Notes: generated from the sequence alone by a model not told the origin. A stretch of 64,000 bases of DNA from Octopus vulgaris (GCA_951406725.2 OX597818.1:59458001-59522000); one strand, 5' to 3'; shown: positions 40,039 to 53,769, numbered from the stretch's first letter. Made by a program: numbers and translations.

Positions 40039-40195
40039 CGACGAGCTTCTTTCAGTTTCCATCTACCAAATCCACTTACAAAGCTTTGGTTGGCCCGTGG
40101 TTATAGTAGAAGACACTTGCCCAAGGTGCCATGCAGTGGAACTGAACCCAGAACCATGTGGTTGGAAGCAAGCTTCTTACCACATAACCACGCCT
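39768..40195 (-). mobile_element. SINE family B
   Basis: Match to family B. Confidence 0.8.
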
Positions 40196-41182
40196 GGGCC
40201 AAGGCATGATGTTTATGACTTCATTAAAAAAGTATATCGTATCGTTATGATATTTCAATAGCTTTAAAGTTGACTCAATTTTGTGGAAGTATTATTTGAG
40301 AAACTAATGTTACTCTTATTTCTGGCCGAATCTTTAGCATGTTGGGCAAAATGCTTATTGGTATTTTGCCCGCCTCATTTCGTTTTGGTTTCAAATACCA
40401 CGGAAGTCAACCTCACTTTTTGTTCTTCATGGGTCGATAAAATGAGTTCCAGCTGAGTACTGTGGTCAATGGAATCTTCTGTTCCCCTCCCATAAATCTC
40501 TGACCTTCTGGCAAAATTAGAAAAGATTATCGTTCTGTAGGCTAGAAAGTAGAGGACAGGTTCTTTCCAGCACCAGAGAAAAATCCTGTAGGCAGAATCG
40601 TTAGCGCCTCGGACAAAATCATTAGAAACACTTCTTCCAGTACTCTACGATCTGAGATCAATAACATCAATACTTGTTGAGAAGTGGGAGTGGTGTTGTC
40701 ACTCTCCGAAAACTGTCAGCTTTTGCCAAAATTTGAAGCAGGTTTTCACTGAACTAATCCTTATTTAATGCCTTCATTGCTCAATCGAGAGCAGATGTGT
40801 CAAGAATGTGTGCAATGTTTTGCTTTATGGTAGCTTTTCTTGAAATGAAACTGCTGTAATATGTCCACAATTGTCTAAATGACAAGCATAATGTACACTC
40901 CAACGGCTTTCGTATTTTTCAACAAATCTTTTTATCATCTCAAGGGCACCTGTAAGTATAGGAATTGTACCTGCTTTTTCAACTCCCCAAGTAGGGTTAT
41001 CACAATTTCCAGGCCATTTTATTTCGATAATACCGCCGTTTCTTCTTTAAAGATTCACTGTTATCGGTTATGAAGTATAAACCACTACGTCACGGGCATA
41101 TAGCATAGTGGTTAAGAGCGCGGGTGGCTAAACCCAATATTCCGAGTTCTATACCAGGTAGCGACCTGAATAATAATAATAA

Positions 41183-41725
41183 TGCCCTGATGCAGTACCA
41201 GGCAGTGGCTCTCATGGCTTCTGATCTCAACTGATTGGAAGTGTTATCAAGTACATTGTTTAGTCTTGGTATAAAAGATGGGCTACCGCAAATATTCTGC
41301 TCTATACCACAGATTTGCTTGTCATTTGTTTGACCTTAAACAGTTGAGCATGTCCCTTAGTGGCTGACGATATATGCATCTCTGATCACGAGCAGAAGTA
41401 GTGGGGGGAGCATCATAGCCATGTGTTGAATAGAATTCTTGGACGTTTACATAATTCACCTTTGGAAACATGAATGTTTTGTTCAACATCCTTAAACAAT
41501 CCTTATTCAGGGACCTTTTGATCGGGATAGGTTACTCAGCCAGAAAAAAAATTCTAACTGGGCCTCACCTGCAAGGTCATGTGCTGTTTATCTTGATATG
41601 AGATCACCGTTTCACGCACATATGGTTGCGATGCATGTGCCTCGTGTACCCCTATCAGACTGGTAGTCAAAATGGGTATATTTTACCCAAGTTTCACTTT
41701 GATGGCATGCACTGCTGTCTCACTC

Positions 41726-41726
<1 letters not shown>
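41183..41726 (+). mobile_element. Probable R4/Dong-like 3' UTR fragment inserted in (TAA)n
   Basis: Flanked by (TAA)n on both sides, the same target pattern as the 8.8-11 kb fragments; no diagnostic coding motif. Confidence 0.45.
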
Positions 41727-41787
<61 letters not shown>

Positions 41788-41843
41788 TAATAGCATCGAG
41801 AAAACACCTTAGGAATGAGAACCCAGGTTCGAAATTACCCCAA

Positions 41844-41889
41844 GACATCTGATGAAGGCTGGAGGGTATATCAGCCGAAACGTTATGTT
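41844..41889 (+). ncRNA. Minimal hammerhead ribozyme motif
   Basis: gacat-CUGAUGA-a ggctg gagggtatat cagcc-GAAAC-GUU-atgtt. Stem I acat/atgt, stem II ggctg/cagcc, loop-less palindromic stem III aacgtt. Confidence 0.7.
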
Positions 41890-42643
41890 AACAAACAAGA
41901 TGAGGACAAATATCCGTCAAATGCAAACAATGTAAATATCGTTGTACATTGTTTTGATAAACATTTGTTGACAAGCAATCAAGTTTTAAAACACTTTGGA
42001 ATTCAGTTTTAATTATAGCAATTTACTGAATGAGCTAAAACAACTAGATAAGGAAGGTAATGTGTACTTTTGTTACCGAGGGGATTTCTATATTTTTCTT
42101 TAAATATAAACATGACTATTTTTTTTAGCTTGAGAACAAAATTATCACATAAAATTTCTTTAAGTATTTTTTAAAAAAATGTATTGAATTGTAAATGATA
42201 ACAAGAATCGGGCGAACAAATTTAATATATAATTCATGGTATTCTAATTAGATAATAACATTCATAATTAGATAATATTGATGATAATTATACAATTAGA
42301 TAATATTTATTATTATAATTACAATCATAATTATTATTTTTGCGTTATTTTTCTTTCATACGAACTTCTACTGCGCTACTATGTACATCTCCTTGTCATG
42401 TGTGTATAGCTTCATGTTTTTAAGTGTACGCTGGGTTGTCTGTACGGATATAATCGAGATCGCAACGTGTATTAGTTTAGTGACTCACTTTGAAAAAATG
42501 AAATATTTACATTGTTGGTCGTAAAACATTATCTGACGAGGTTTGAGTTTTAAAAAAAATTCTAACCAATTCTAACTAGCTTTGGGAGTTAACAACACAA
42601 TTTATGTGACACGCAGTCGTAGTATATTTCTAGAAGAAGCTGT

Positions 42644-43052
42644 GGATCTTTTCGGTTTGACGGCAGATTTTTCTAGCGGTGTCATATGAAATTGTCACCC
42701 ATAATTATGACCCTAGAATCGATCTATTGCATTTCAATTTCTTTTAGGGTTAGGGGTGAGGGAAGTGTATATTTTTTCTTCACAAATGTAAATAAACTCA
42801 ATCTGTTTCTTAAACGATGGATATATTCATACGGCACAGAATGCTTTTTAACTCAATAGACGTCACTGATTGGTTGAAATTGCATAAATTGAAGAAAAAA
42901 AAACAACAAATATCTTACGAACTATAGAATTTTCTCAATAAAGCCAAGAGAAAAAGATGTTTTATAAACACATTCTACCAGTATACGAAGTTTAAAATTT
43001 TTTAGTTACCTAGAAATTATGTTAAAAACTGCCGTTCGAACCGAAAAAGTCC
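42644..43052. mobile_element. MITE with ~25-bp GG...CC TIRs and 8-bp TSD
   Basis: ggatcttttcggtttgacggcag / ctgccgttcgaaccgaaaaagtcc. Flanks gaagctgt/gaatctgt; empty paralogous site at 43587-43594. Confidence 0.8.
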
Positions 43053-43792
43053 GAATCTGTAATTAATTATTATTGTTAATCAGGTCACTGTGTGGAATCG
43101 AACTCGGAATATTGCAGTTAGTAGCCCGCGCTCTTAACCACTATACCATATGCCCGTGACGTAGTGGTTAATACTTCGTGACTGATAACAGTGTAACTTT
43201 AAAGAAGAAACGGAGGTGTTATCGAAATAAAATGGCTTGGAAATTGTGTTAACCCTACTTGGGGGGTTGAAAAAGCAGATACAATTCAAATTCTTTGAAG
43301 CTTCATGAGAAATTCTTTTCTATGGATAAGACGACTTTTGAGTGTCAAAATTCTAGTGTTGCTAATATTCATAACTCTAAATTGTTTAAATGATTCGAAA
43401 TGCAAGTTTTCTTTCTTTCAACATGAATTGCATAATCTGTTGGCGAAATTATTGACAGTTAAAACAAAGTCCAGCAAAGGTCATTCATAAAGCGTTCAGT
43501 ATGAAAAACGATGCCAAAGATTACAGACAGCTTTGGGGGTTAACAACACAATGTATGTGACACGCAGTCGTAGTAAATTGCTAGAAGAATCTGTAATTAA
43601 TTACCTACTGGCTTCCAACTTGCAAGAAGTTCAATGCAAAACTACAATTGGATTAAACTTGGAACAGATTCTGTCTGAATTTAAACTGGCAATATAAACT
43701 GACATAATGATCGTACAATGTCTTACTTTGCCGCGTTGATACTTTTTGATCGACGGAAATTTTGTGAAATGGATATCTATACCTAATTATAT

Positions 43793-44050
43793 GGAGGCGC
43801 GTGGCTCATTGGTTAGGACATCGGCATCATGATCATAAGATTGTGGTTTCGATTCCTGGACCACGCGATGTGTTGTGTTCTCGAGCAAAACACTTCATTT
43901 TCACGTTGCTCCAGTCCACTCAGCTGGCAAAAATGAGTAAAACTGCGATGGACTGGCGTCCCGTCCAGCTGGGGAGCGCATACGCCGTTGAAACCGGGAA
44001 ACCGGCCCATGGGCCTGGCTAGGCTTTAAAAAAAAGGGCGCATTTATTAT
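43793..44050 (+). mobile_element. SINE family D
   Basis: Match to 35290-35545. Confidence 0.8.
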
Positions 44051-44224
44051 TTTTTTATTCATAATTATACACACTGTCTTAGGTAAACGAAATGAAAGCA
44101 ACAGCATTTGCTATGCAGGAACGGGTTTAGGTATTTTTCCAATTGTTTTAGCGTATTTCTCTTATACGTTGTCATGCCTACAAGCTTCCCCTCATTATTT
44201 TGTTAATGTGTGTTACGTGTAAGA

Positions 44225-44541
44225 CAGCGAGCTGCAGAAACATTAGCGCGCCGGGGGAAATGTTTAGCGGTATTTCGCCTGCCGCTACGTTTTGAGTTCA
44301 AATTCCGCCCAGGTCGACTTTGCCTTTCATCCCTTCGGGTCCGATAAATAAAGTACCAGTTACGCACTGGAGTCGATGTAATCGACTTAATCACTTTGTC
44401 TGTCATTTTTGTCCCCACTATGTTTAACCCCTTGTGGGCAATAAAGAAGCAATAAACGTTAGGAAGGTGGGTGAAATGCTTGGCATTATTTCGTCTGTCT
44501 TTGCGTTTTGAGTTCAAATTCTGCCGAGGTCGACTTTGCCA
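44225..44541 (+). mobile_element. SINE family A monomer plus a partial older copy
   Basis: Match to family A. Confidence 0.75.
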
Positions 44542-44623
44542 TATTAGCTTGGCGATAGCTATTAATATCCAGTACCGCTAACGTAGTCTCCTTTAGATTT
44601 TAATATATATATATATCTCTTTA

Positions 44624-44916
44624 ACTCTTTTACTCTTTTACTTGTTTCAGTCATTTGACTGCGGCCATGCTGGAGCACCACCTTTAGTCGCGCAAATCGA
44701 CCCCGAGACTTATTCTTTGTAAGCCCAGTACTTATTCTATCGGTCTCTTTTGCCGAACTGCTAGGTGACGGGGACGTAAACACACCGGCATCGGTTGTCA
44801 AGCAATGCTAGGGGGACAAACACAGACACACAGACACACACGCATACATATATATGTCTTTTGTTTATTTCCGTAAACCTGCCTTCGTCTTTTGTCTATT
44901 TTCATAAAGCTTCCCG

Positions 44917-44953
<37 letters not shown>

Positions 44954-45119
44954 TACGACAGGCTTCTTTCAGTTTCCGTCTACTAAATCCACTCACAAGG
45001 CATTGGTCGGCCCGGGGCTATAGCAGAAGACACTTGCCCAAGATGCCACGCAGTGGGACTGAACCCGGAACCATGTGGTTGGTTAGCAAGCTACTTACCG
45101 CACGGCCACTCCAGCGCCT
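44624..45119 (-). mobile_element. SINE family B
   Basis: Match to family B. Confidence 0.85.
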
Positions 45120-45389
45120 ATATAAATATATGTATATTTAAAAAAGAAGCTGTAAAACGCCACTGTATAAGATAAATATTAATTTTCTTTGAGATTTAAC
45201 ATGTTTCTGTTCTTCTTGAACAAATGAACCTTAACAAAATTTTTTTTTAAAGTTAAGTGTAATAAAAAGTTCATAATTATTTCTTACTAGTCTCAACAGT
45301 GTCAACGTTGTGGAGTTTTGTGGGGAGAGCTTAATGTCTATCTTATGCGTTGACAAGAATCGTTGGCTGTAATCGTGAAATTGACCGTT

Positions 45390-46141
<752 letters not shown>

Positions 46142-46146
46142 ATATA

Positions 46147-47541
46147 TGTTCCAAAAGAAACAGTGCACTGAACATTTTCATAGGTATACATAAAGAAACA
46201 GTGCACTGGACACAAGAAAGGATATTTATAGTTGAAAATGTTTTCCCAAAAGATTTTAAATATTATATTTAGATAATTTAGATATCTAAATTTTAGATAT
46301 TTATATTAAATATTCTTTTGTTTCAGGGACCCTTTGAAAATGGTGCTTACCTTACAAGAAAGGATATTTATTGTTGAAAATGTTTTCCGAGATGGTGGCA
46401 AATACACAAAAGAAGTGCAAGAGTCATTTCAAGAAAAATTTGGTGCAGAACGTTTGCCGCATCGAAATTGTGTTTCCGCTTTGTTGCATAAGTTCAAAAA
46501 AACTGGAAGTGTTCAAGACAAACCCAAAAGTGGCCGCCCAAAAGTCGTTACAGATACAGTCTTACAGAATGTTACCAACAAACTGCAGAGGAGCCCACGA
46601 AAGTCTTTGAGGCGTTTGTCTCAAGAAACTAGGATATCTCTAACATCAACTCACCGAGCAGTGCATCAACTTAAATTCTTTCCATATAAAGTGCATGTTG
46701 TTCATGAACTGAAGCCTCAGGATTCAGAAAAACGCGTACTCTTCTGTCGGTGGTTTGAAAATTTTATTCTAGAGAAAGGTGAAAACATTTTAAACCATAC
46801 ATTCTTCAGTGATGAAGCATGGTTCCATTTGTCCGGGTACATGAACAGTCAGAACTCTAGAGTGTGGTCTACAATAAATCCTCATGCTCTGTTTCAGAAA
46901 CCACTCCACGATCAAAAAGTTGGTGTTTGGTGTGTTTTGTCAAGGCGGCGTATAATTGGACCTATATTTTTTGAAAACACCATCACATCTGAGTGTTACA
47001 TTCATAACATCCTGGAGCCATTTTTTGATCAACTGACGGAGCAAGAAAAGCAACAAGGCTGGTTCCAGCAAGATGGTGCAACTGCACATACGGCTCGTGT
47101 CAGTATGGCTGCAGTTGGTGATGTCTTTGGGGATCGTGTGATCTCTCGTGGTTTGTGGCCACCTCGATCACCGGATTTAACACCTCCTGACTTTTATTTG
47201 TGGGGCAAATTGAAAGACTCAGTGTATGCAGACAATCCTCGAACTACGGATGAACTGAAGCAGAAAATAACAAGTGTTATTCAAAACATCAAACCTGATG
47301 AACTTGAGTGTGTTTTTCAAAACACGCAGCGTCGCGCTCGTTTATGTCTGCAGGTGAATGGCGCACACTTTCAACAGTTATTGTAGATCATATCTTACTG
47401 CACGAGTCAATCCTCAATCGTACTTTAGTTGATAAGGTATTGAATTTGTGAATATTTGCAATAAATAGTATTTTTCTGTGAGTTTTGTTTCTTTGGGTTA
47501 TTAGCATATTCCTACTGCACTGTTTCTTTTGGAACACCCTG
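46147..47541 (+). mobile_element. Tc1/mariner-superfamily DNA transposon (rosa/Visitor-like); left TIR lacks its terminal 5 bp
   Basis: Right TIR tgcactgtttcttttggaacaccctg|TA; left tgttccaaaagaaacagtgca at 46147. Confidence 0.9.
46340..47386 (+). CDS. Intact transposase, 348 aa (HTH plus DDD catalytic domain, DD38D spacing)
   Basis: GRPK, FFSDEAWFHLSG, WFQQDGATAH and WPPRSPDLTPPDFYLWG motifs; no stops or frameshifts. Confidence 0.92.
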   Translation: MVLTLQERIFIVENVFRDGGKYTKEVQESFQEKFGAERLPHRNCVSALLHKFKKTGSVQDKPKSGRPKVVTDTVLQNVTNKLQRSPRKSLRRLSQETRISLTSTHRAVHQLKFFPYKVHVVHELKPQDSEKRVLFCRWFENFILEKGENILNHTFFSDEAWFHLSGYMNSQNSRVWSTINPHALFQKPLHDQKVGVWCVLSRRRIIGPIFFENTITSECYIHNILEPFFDQLTEQEKQQGWFQQDGATAHTARVSMAAVGDVFGDRVISRGLWPPRSPDLTPPDFYLWGKLKDSVYADNPRTTDELKQKITSVIQNIKPDELECVFQNTQRRARLCLQVNGAHFQQLL

Positions 47542-48251
47542 TATATATAAGTAATTGAAATTCAAAAACCGAAAGAGCCTCATGCATTTCTAGGAATGAG
47601 AGTCATAGATTCTATAGTCACAGGAAAGCTCGTACTTATTTGTCTAATTTGGGTCTCCTGCCAGTTCAAATACACATAAGCACGCACATAATTATTTATT
47701 TATTTATTTATTTATTCCTGTGGCAAGTGTCTTTCAGATTTCCATCTCAAAAATCTTTAATCGGCCCGCGACTGTAAATAGAAGACAATTGCTGCAGGTG
47801 CCACACTGTGGGATTGAACGAGCAGTCAGGTGGCAAAGATCTTACCTCACAATCATGTCTGCGGTTATATAATGATTTTAATTAACCGATGAAACATTGC
47901 ACTTTCAACTAGCTGCAGTAATTTTTCGCGAATTGTTAATTAATATGCAACATAAAAAGTTCAATGACTGGTGTTTGTTCCTTTGAAAAGATACAGTAAC
48001 ATGGAAAACAATGTCTTACAATTTGGAACATACAAACTACCACTTTTATTCTGAATATTGAAGTTTGAATATTTCATATTAGATGTTACAAAATATGCAT
48101 TAGAGCTTAGAACAAGATGCACGGTGTTCTAAAAATTCACGTTATTATATACACATGTTTCCATGTAGAGAATTTAAAAAAAATTAATATTAAATGTTCT
48201 GAGTAAGTCAGTGAGATGGCAGAGTCGTTAACGTGATTTCCTGTGACTATA

Positions 48252-48485
48252 GGCGGCGAGCTGGCAGAATCGTTAGCATGCCGGGTGAAATGCTTAGCGG
48301 TATTTCGTCTGCCGTTTCCGTTCTGAGTTCAAATTCCGCCGAGGTCGACTTTGCCTTTCATCCTTTCGGGGGTCGATAAATTAAGTACCAGTTACGCACT
48401 GGGGTCGATGTAATCGACTTAATCCCTTTGTCTGTCCTTGTTTGTCCCCTCTGTGTTTAGCCCATTGTGGTCAATAAAGAAATAA
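48252..48485 (+). mobile_element. SINE family A monomer (followed by an older related copy to ~48690)
   Basis: Match to family A. Confidence 0.85.
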
Positions 48486-49536
48486 GAATCGTTAACTTGC
48501 CGAGCAAAATACTTCGCCGAATTTTGAACGTCTTTGCGTTTTAAGTTGACATTACGTCGAGATCGACTTCGCCTTTCATCATTTAGGAGTTGATAAAATA
48601 TATGCCACTGAATACTGGCATTGATGTAATCGACTAACACGCATACCCGAAATTGCTGGCCTAGTACCAAACTTTGAAAGCAATATTAAACGTTATCTGT
48701 GCTTTGGAGTGACAGAAAACCTTCTAAATGACTTGCAGTAATTTTTTTACTACCAGGAAACGTCTCATTACTTATTTACTGGCCTTTACATATATATGAG
48801 CATACACGCTATGTTCACTTCACAATTCTCGATTTTCCTTTTGCCAGTACACCAACTCGCAGACTTTAGTCAAGATGTTATTTCACTTCATCATTATCTT
48901 ATATTGTTCATATGAAATATCTCTTCTGCCTTTGTAAGATTAAGCGAACGATCATCGAGTAATATATATACTTCCATAATGAATTTACTACACCATTTAT
49001 AATACTTCAAAGAGAAATCATTCTTTTCTAAGAGATATTATCCGCTATATTTTGCAGAACTTTTGGCACTAAGCAACTAAGCAGGATCTTTTTTTTTTCT
49101 CTTCTTCCTTCCTCCTATAAGACTTCGCTCTTTTGTTCAACTTTCTAATAATTTAATGACAATAGATTTGCACTAACATTCAGCTGAAAGTAGTTCTGTT
49201 CTTTGATAAATATTTTCTATCATTAGAAGCATTTAGATATATCCGCCATACTGGAGTGAGTGTTATTCAATGCGCCGATCGTCATACGATGAAGAAAATA
49301 ACGTTCAATTAGAAAATGCTTTACATTTTTTTTCCTTCTTTTTTTCATTTTTCTCTTTAACATTTACGACAAACTAAAAGCATTCAGCAAGATTGTCTCT
49401 AATGTTAAGAACTGAATAAGCATTTGTGTTAGATATTGATAAGAACAAAGAAAGCACTTTCAAAAGAGATATATGACCAAAGCCATCAGTATTTTCGTTA
49501 TCTTGTAAGAAACAGCTGTAAATTATAATCTGATCA

Positions 49537-49907
49537 TCTCTCTCTATATAAACGGCAGTTTGTCTGTGCGTGTTTCTGTGTATCTGTTTGCTTGTACCCT
49601 CACCCTGACCACGGCTTTCAACCGATTCTGATGAAACTTGACACACACATAGCCCAATGTCATAATTCAAAACTAACGCAGCGAAAATTTTGAAAAGTTC
49701 CCCCAGTTCTGAAGAAAATCGATAAATTCGACATGGGGTCGAGAATTAGAAACACAAACCGCAAACTGTCTAGGGGACGCAACTCCACCTTTTTTAACTA
49801 AAAAAAAATTTACCATCATTTTTTGCTATTTTTGGGCTATAACTCTCTAAAAATGTTTTATAGTTATTTCCCTTACAAACCTGAGCAACGCCGGGCGATA
49901 CTGCTAG
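49537..49907 (+). mobile_element. Non-autonomous Helitron subfamily 3
   Basis: A|TCtctctatataaacggcag ... cctgagcaacgccgggcgatactgCTAG|T. Confidence 0.8.
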
Positions 49908-50054
49908 TTTAGCAATAAACGCAGAGTTTCTGAGGTGGATTGAAATCATATCAACAACTAGAATAAGAAATACAAAGTCTCCAAATACGAAGTCTCCATA
50001 TTTCACTGGGTTTTAAATCAAGGAATATCCGTATCGAATATTACGAAGGAATAA

Positions 50055-50535
50055 GGCGGCAAGCTGGCAGAAACGTTAGCACGCCGGGCGAAAGGCGTAG
50101 CCGTATTTTCGTCTGCCGCTACGTTCTGAGTTCAAATTCCGCCGAGGTCGACTTTGCTTTTATCCTTTCGGGGTCGATAAATAAAGTAACAGCTTCGCAC
50201 TGGGGTCGATATAATCGACTTAATCCCTTTGCCTGTCCTTGTTTGTCCCCTCTATGTTTAGCCCCTTATGAGTAGTAAAGAAATATATATTTAATAAATA
50301 AAATTTTTTTTAAAAATCAGATACGTTAGCATGCCGGGCGAAAGGCGTAGCCGTATTTTCGTCTGCCGCTACGTTCTGAGTTCAAATTCCGCCGAGGTCG
50401 ACTTTGCCTTTTATCCTTTCGGGGTTGATAAATTAAGTACCAGTTACGCACTGGTGTCGATATAATCGACTTTATCCGTTTGTCTGTCGTTGTTTGTCTC
50501 TTCTGTCTTTAGCCCCTTGTGGGTAATAAAGAAAT
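50055..50535 (+). mobile_element. SINE family A dimer
   Basis: Two copies share the diagnostic aaaggcgtagccgtattttc; flanked by atattacgaa repeats. Confidence 0.85.
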
Positions 50536-51102
50536 ATATATTACGAATGAATTTCATATTCTTAAATATACAAAGTTTCCTTCGAGTTTGTGGAGAATGC
50601 ATTTATAAGAAAACAGCATATCTCTTCGCTGCTATGAAAGTTAATTCTGACTGAAGTCGTAGATAAAAGTGAAAGGAGTGAAAATTGAAAAGAGAAACGG
50701 AAATAACGTAGTTTCTATATCATAACAAGTAGTGTGGATATATACATTGATTTATTCTTAGCTGGAGTCACCTTTCCAAAATGTTTATAAGATCATTTGA
50801 CGCTCAATATAACTTTTAGATAACACTTAAAGATCATAAGTGTTATAATCTTGTCATTCATGATGGGAGTTAATAGAAATTTAATGTACGTCGATGAATG
50901 AATGACAGCTATTCGTAGCCCATAACTTGACTCGGAGAAAAAGAAACAGCAATTTTATGATGGTGTACGTATTAATAAAGCTACTGTCTGACAGAATCTC
51001 TCATCCTAAAACCATTTCCTGTTATAGGAAGCTAAAACATCCAAAACGATTTTTTATTCACAAATAAGAAATATGTTTAAACACTGTAAAATAGAACCAA
51101 GG

Positions 51103-51490
<388 letters not shown>

Positions 51491-51960
51491 ACGCACACAC
51501 ACTTACATACATTGATACAGAATAACTTTGAATATAGACATTTACATACATAGACGTGCAATTATGCTATGGTATCTCAGGGATACAATGTTGTAAATGA
51601 TATTTCCGAAATAGCAGAAGTGAGTGTTTAGAAACCGAACCTTTGCCATAAACACTTTTAAAACATTTGCTTCACATTAATAGTGCTGCACACAATTTTC
51701 GCAGGAGATTTGACTATTTGACAGCGCAAATTACATGTAAGAGCCTTTATACTTAGTATATGGATTAACATACTATGGCTTCCTCCTGATATATGAAACT
51801 TATTTATCCATTCATCCTTCTCTCTCCCTCGCTACATCTTCCACTACATCTTATTTCTATTTTTTTATATATATATGTGCTCGTGTGTGAGTGTTTATGT
51901 ATGCATGCATGTATCTATGTGAGTCTGTCTCTGTGTATATGTGTCTGCGAAATACATTTC

Positions 51961-52057
<97 letters not shown>

Positions 52058-52440
52058 TCTAGGGAAAATACTTTGGAAAGTTTAAAATACGTCAATTTTT
52101 TATATACACCATTATTTTTGTGTAATTCAACCAAGTTTAATCTTTCAACATGCGGGGAAAACTGTTTTATTCTATATATATTTATACATATGAAAATAAA
52201 AGTATAGAACTACGTTTTCACAGAATAAATCTTTTTCAAATGGTTTAACTCGAAATATAATAAAGCAGCTATTTTGAAGTATGTTTGACATATGTACACA
52301 AGAGATAAGGAAATAAGGCAACATAATGTGACACTTCGAGGTTTCCATTCTTTTGTATACCAGCGGATTTTAATGTATACATTTTTTGTGTAGTTTCTGA
52401 CTAAAAGAGGATTTGCACTGGAAGACAATAAATCATCGAA

Positions 52441-53225
52441 GGCGGCGAGCTGGCAGAAACGTTAGCACGCCGGGCGAAATACTTAGCGGTATTTCGTCTG
52501 TCTTTACGTTCTGGGTTCAAATTCCGCCGAGGTCGACTTTGCCTTTCATCCTTTCTGGGTCGATTAAATAAGTACCAGTTACGCACTGGGGTCGATATAA
52601 TCGACCTAAACCGTTTGTCTGTCCCTGTTTGTCCCCTCTGTGTGTAACCCCTTGTGGGTAGTAAAGAAATAGGTATTTCCTCTGCCGCTACGCTCTAAGT
52701 TCAAATTCCGCCGAGGTTGACTTTGCCTTTCATCCTTTCGGGGTCGATTAAATAAGTACCAGTTACGCACTGGGGTCGATGTAATCGACTTAATCCGTTT
52801 GTCTGTCCTTGTTTGTCCCCTCTGTGTGTAACCCCTTGTGGGTAGTAAAGAAATAGGTATTTCCTCTGCCGTTACGTTCCAAGTTCAAATTCCGCCGAGG
52901 TTGACTTTGCCTTTCATCCTTTCGGGGTCGATTAAATAAGTACCAGTTACGCACTGGGGTCGATGTAATCGACTTAATCCGTTTGTCTGTCCTTGTTTGT
53001 CCCCTCTGTGTGTAACCCCTTGTGGGTAGTAAAGAAATAGGTATTTCCTCTGCCGCTACGCTCTAAGTTCAAATTCCGCCGAGGTTGACTTTGCCTTTCA
53101 TCCTTTCGGGGTCGATTAAATAAGTACCAGTTACGCACTGGGGTCGATGTAATCGACTTAATCCGTTTGTCTTTCCTTGTTTGTCCCCTCTGTGTTTAGC
53201 CCCTTTGTGGGCAGTAAAGAAATAA
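52441..53225 (+). mobile_element. SINE family A tetramer (one head plus four 184-bp units) with TSD
   Basis: Units start at 52488, 52672, 52856 and 53040; TSD aataaatcatc at 52427-52437 and 53229-53239. Confidence 0.9.
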
Positions 53226-53769
53226 GAAAATAAATCATCTTTAACTGACCAGGATCCGGTTAAAGCTGATCTTCAACTACAAATTTTGGTAATGTTCGTA
53301 TATCTGAAACCATGTGTAGATTAACGAACAAAAAGTTATTTCGTTTATCACTTTTCGAAGACAAGCAGTATAATCTTGCTTTGTGTTCCTTTGTCGAGTT
53401 TGATCTAATGTGATAGAATCCTATTTTCAAAAGAGCAAGATTTACTGTTTCCAGAAAATGTCTCCCCAGGTTTTTTTGTGAGATTACGTTATTTTCGCTG
53501 TTGTGTCGGCATCGTTATTCTTGTACGTATATCGCTTATGACATTATTGAAATAAAGGAGGTAACATTCGAACGTCTTTCTTCGTCGCTTGTGGCCTAAA
53601 TTAACAGGTTTCTGCTTTTATAAGAGAATGAAGTCCAGACTCTGGAAAATATATCCCCATCTTTATTTGGTGAGATGAATATTTGCTTTTGTGACATTGT
53701 TCTTGCTTAGGTTTAGTTCTATATAATATTGAGAAGAGCATATGCGTAAATATATATATAACATATATA

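Larger units (their letters stand above)
41092..41937 (+). mobile_element. tRNA-headed SINE with (TAA)n linker and hammerhead-containing 3' tail, interrupted by an insertion at 41183-41726
   Basis: Head gggcatatagcatagtggttaagagcgcggg...ccgagttctatacc (A/B boxes), then (TAA)n, then a tail with an HHR at 41844-41889. A second head copy is inverted at 43080-43156. Confidence 0.65.

Noticed and set aside
41092-41170. tRNA gene (also the heads of SINE families A-D)
   Set aside because: A/B boxes are present, but there is no full cloverleaf or acceptor stem, and the heads continue into SINE bodies.
52488-53225. Regular repeat array superficially like CRISPR or satellite DNA
   Set aside because: No unique spacers; the units are SINE bodies in a eukaryotic context.
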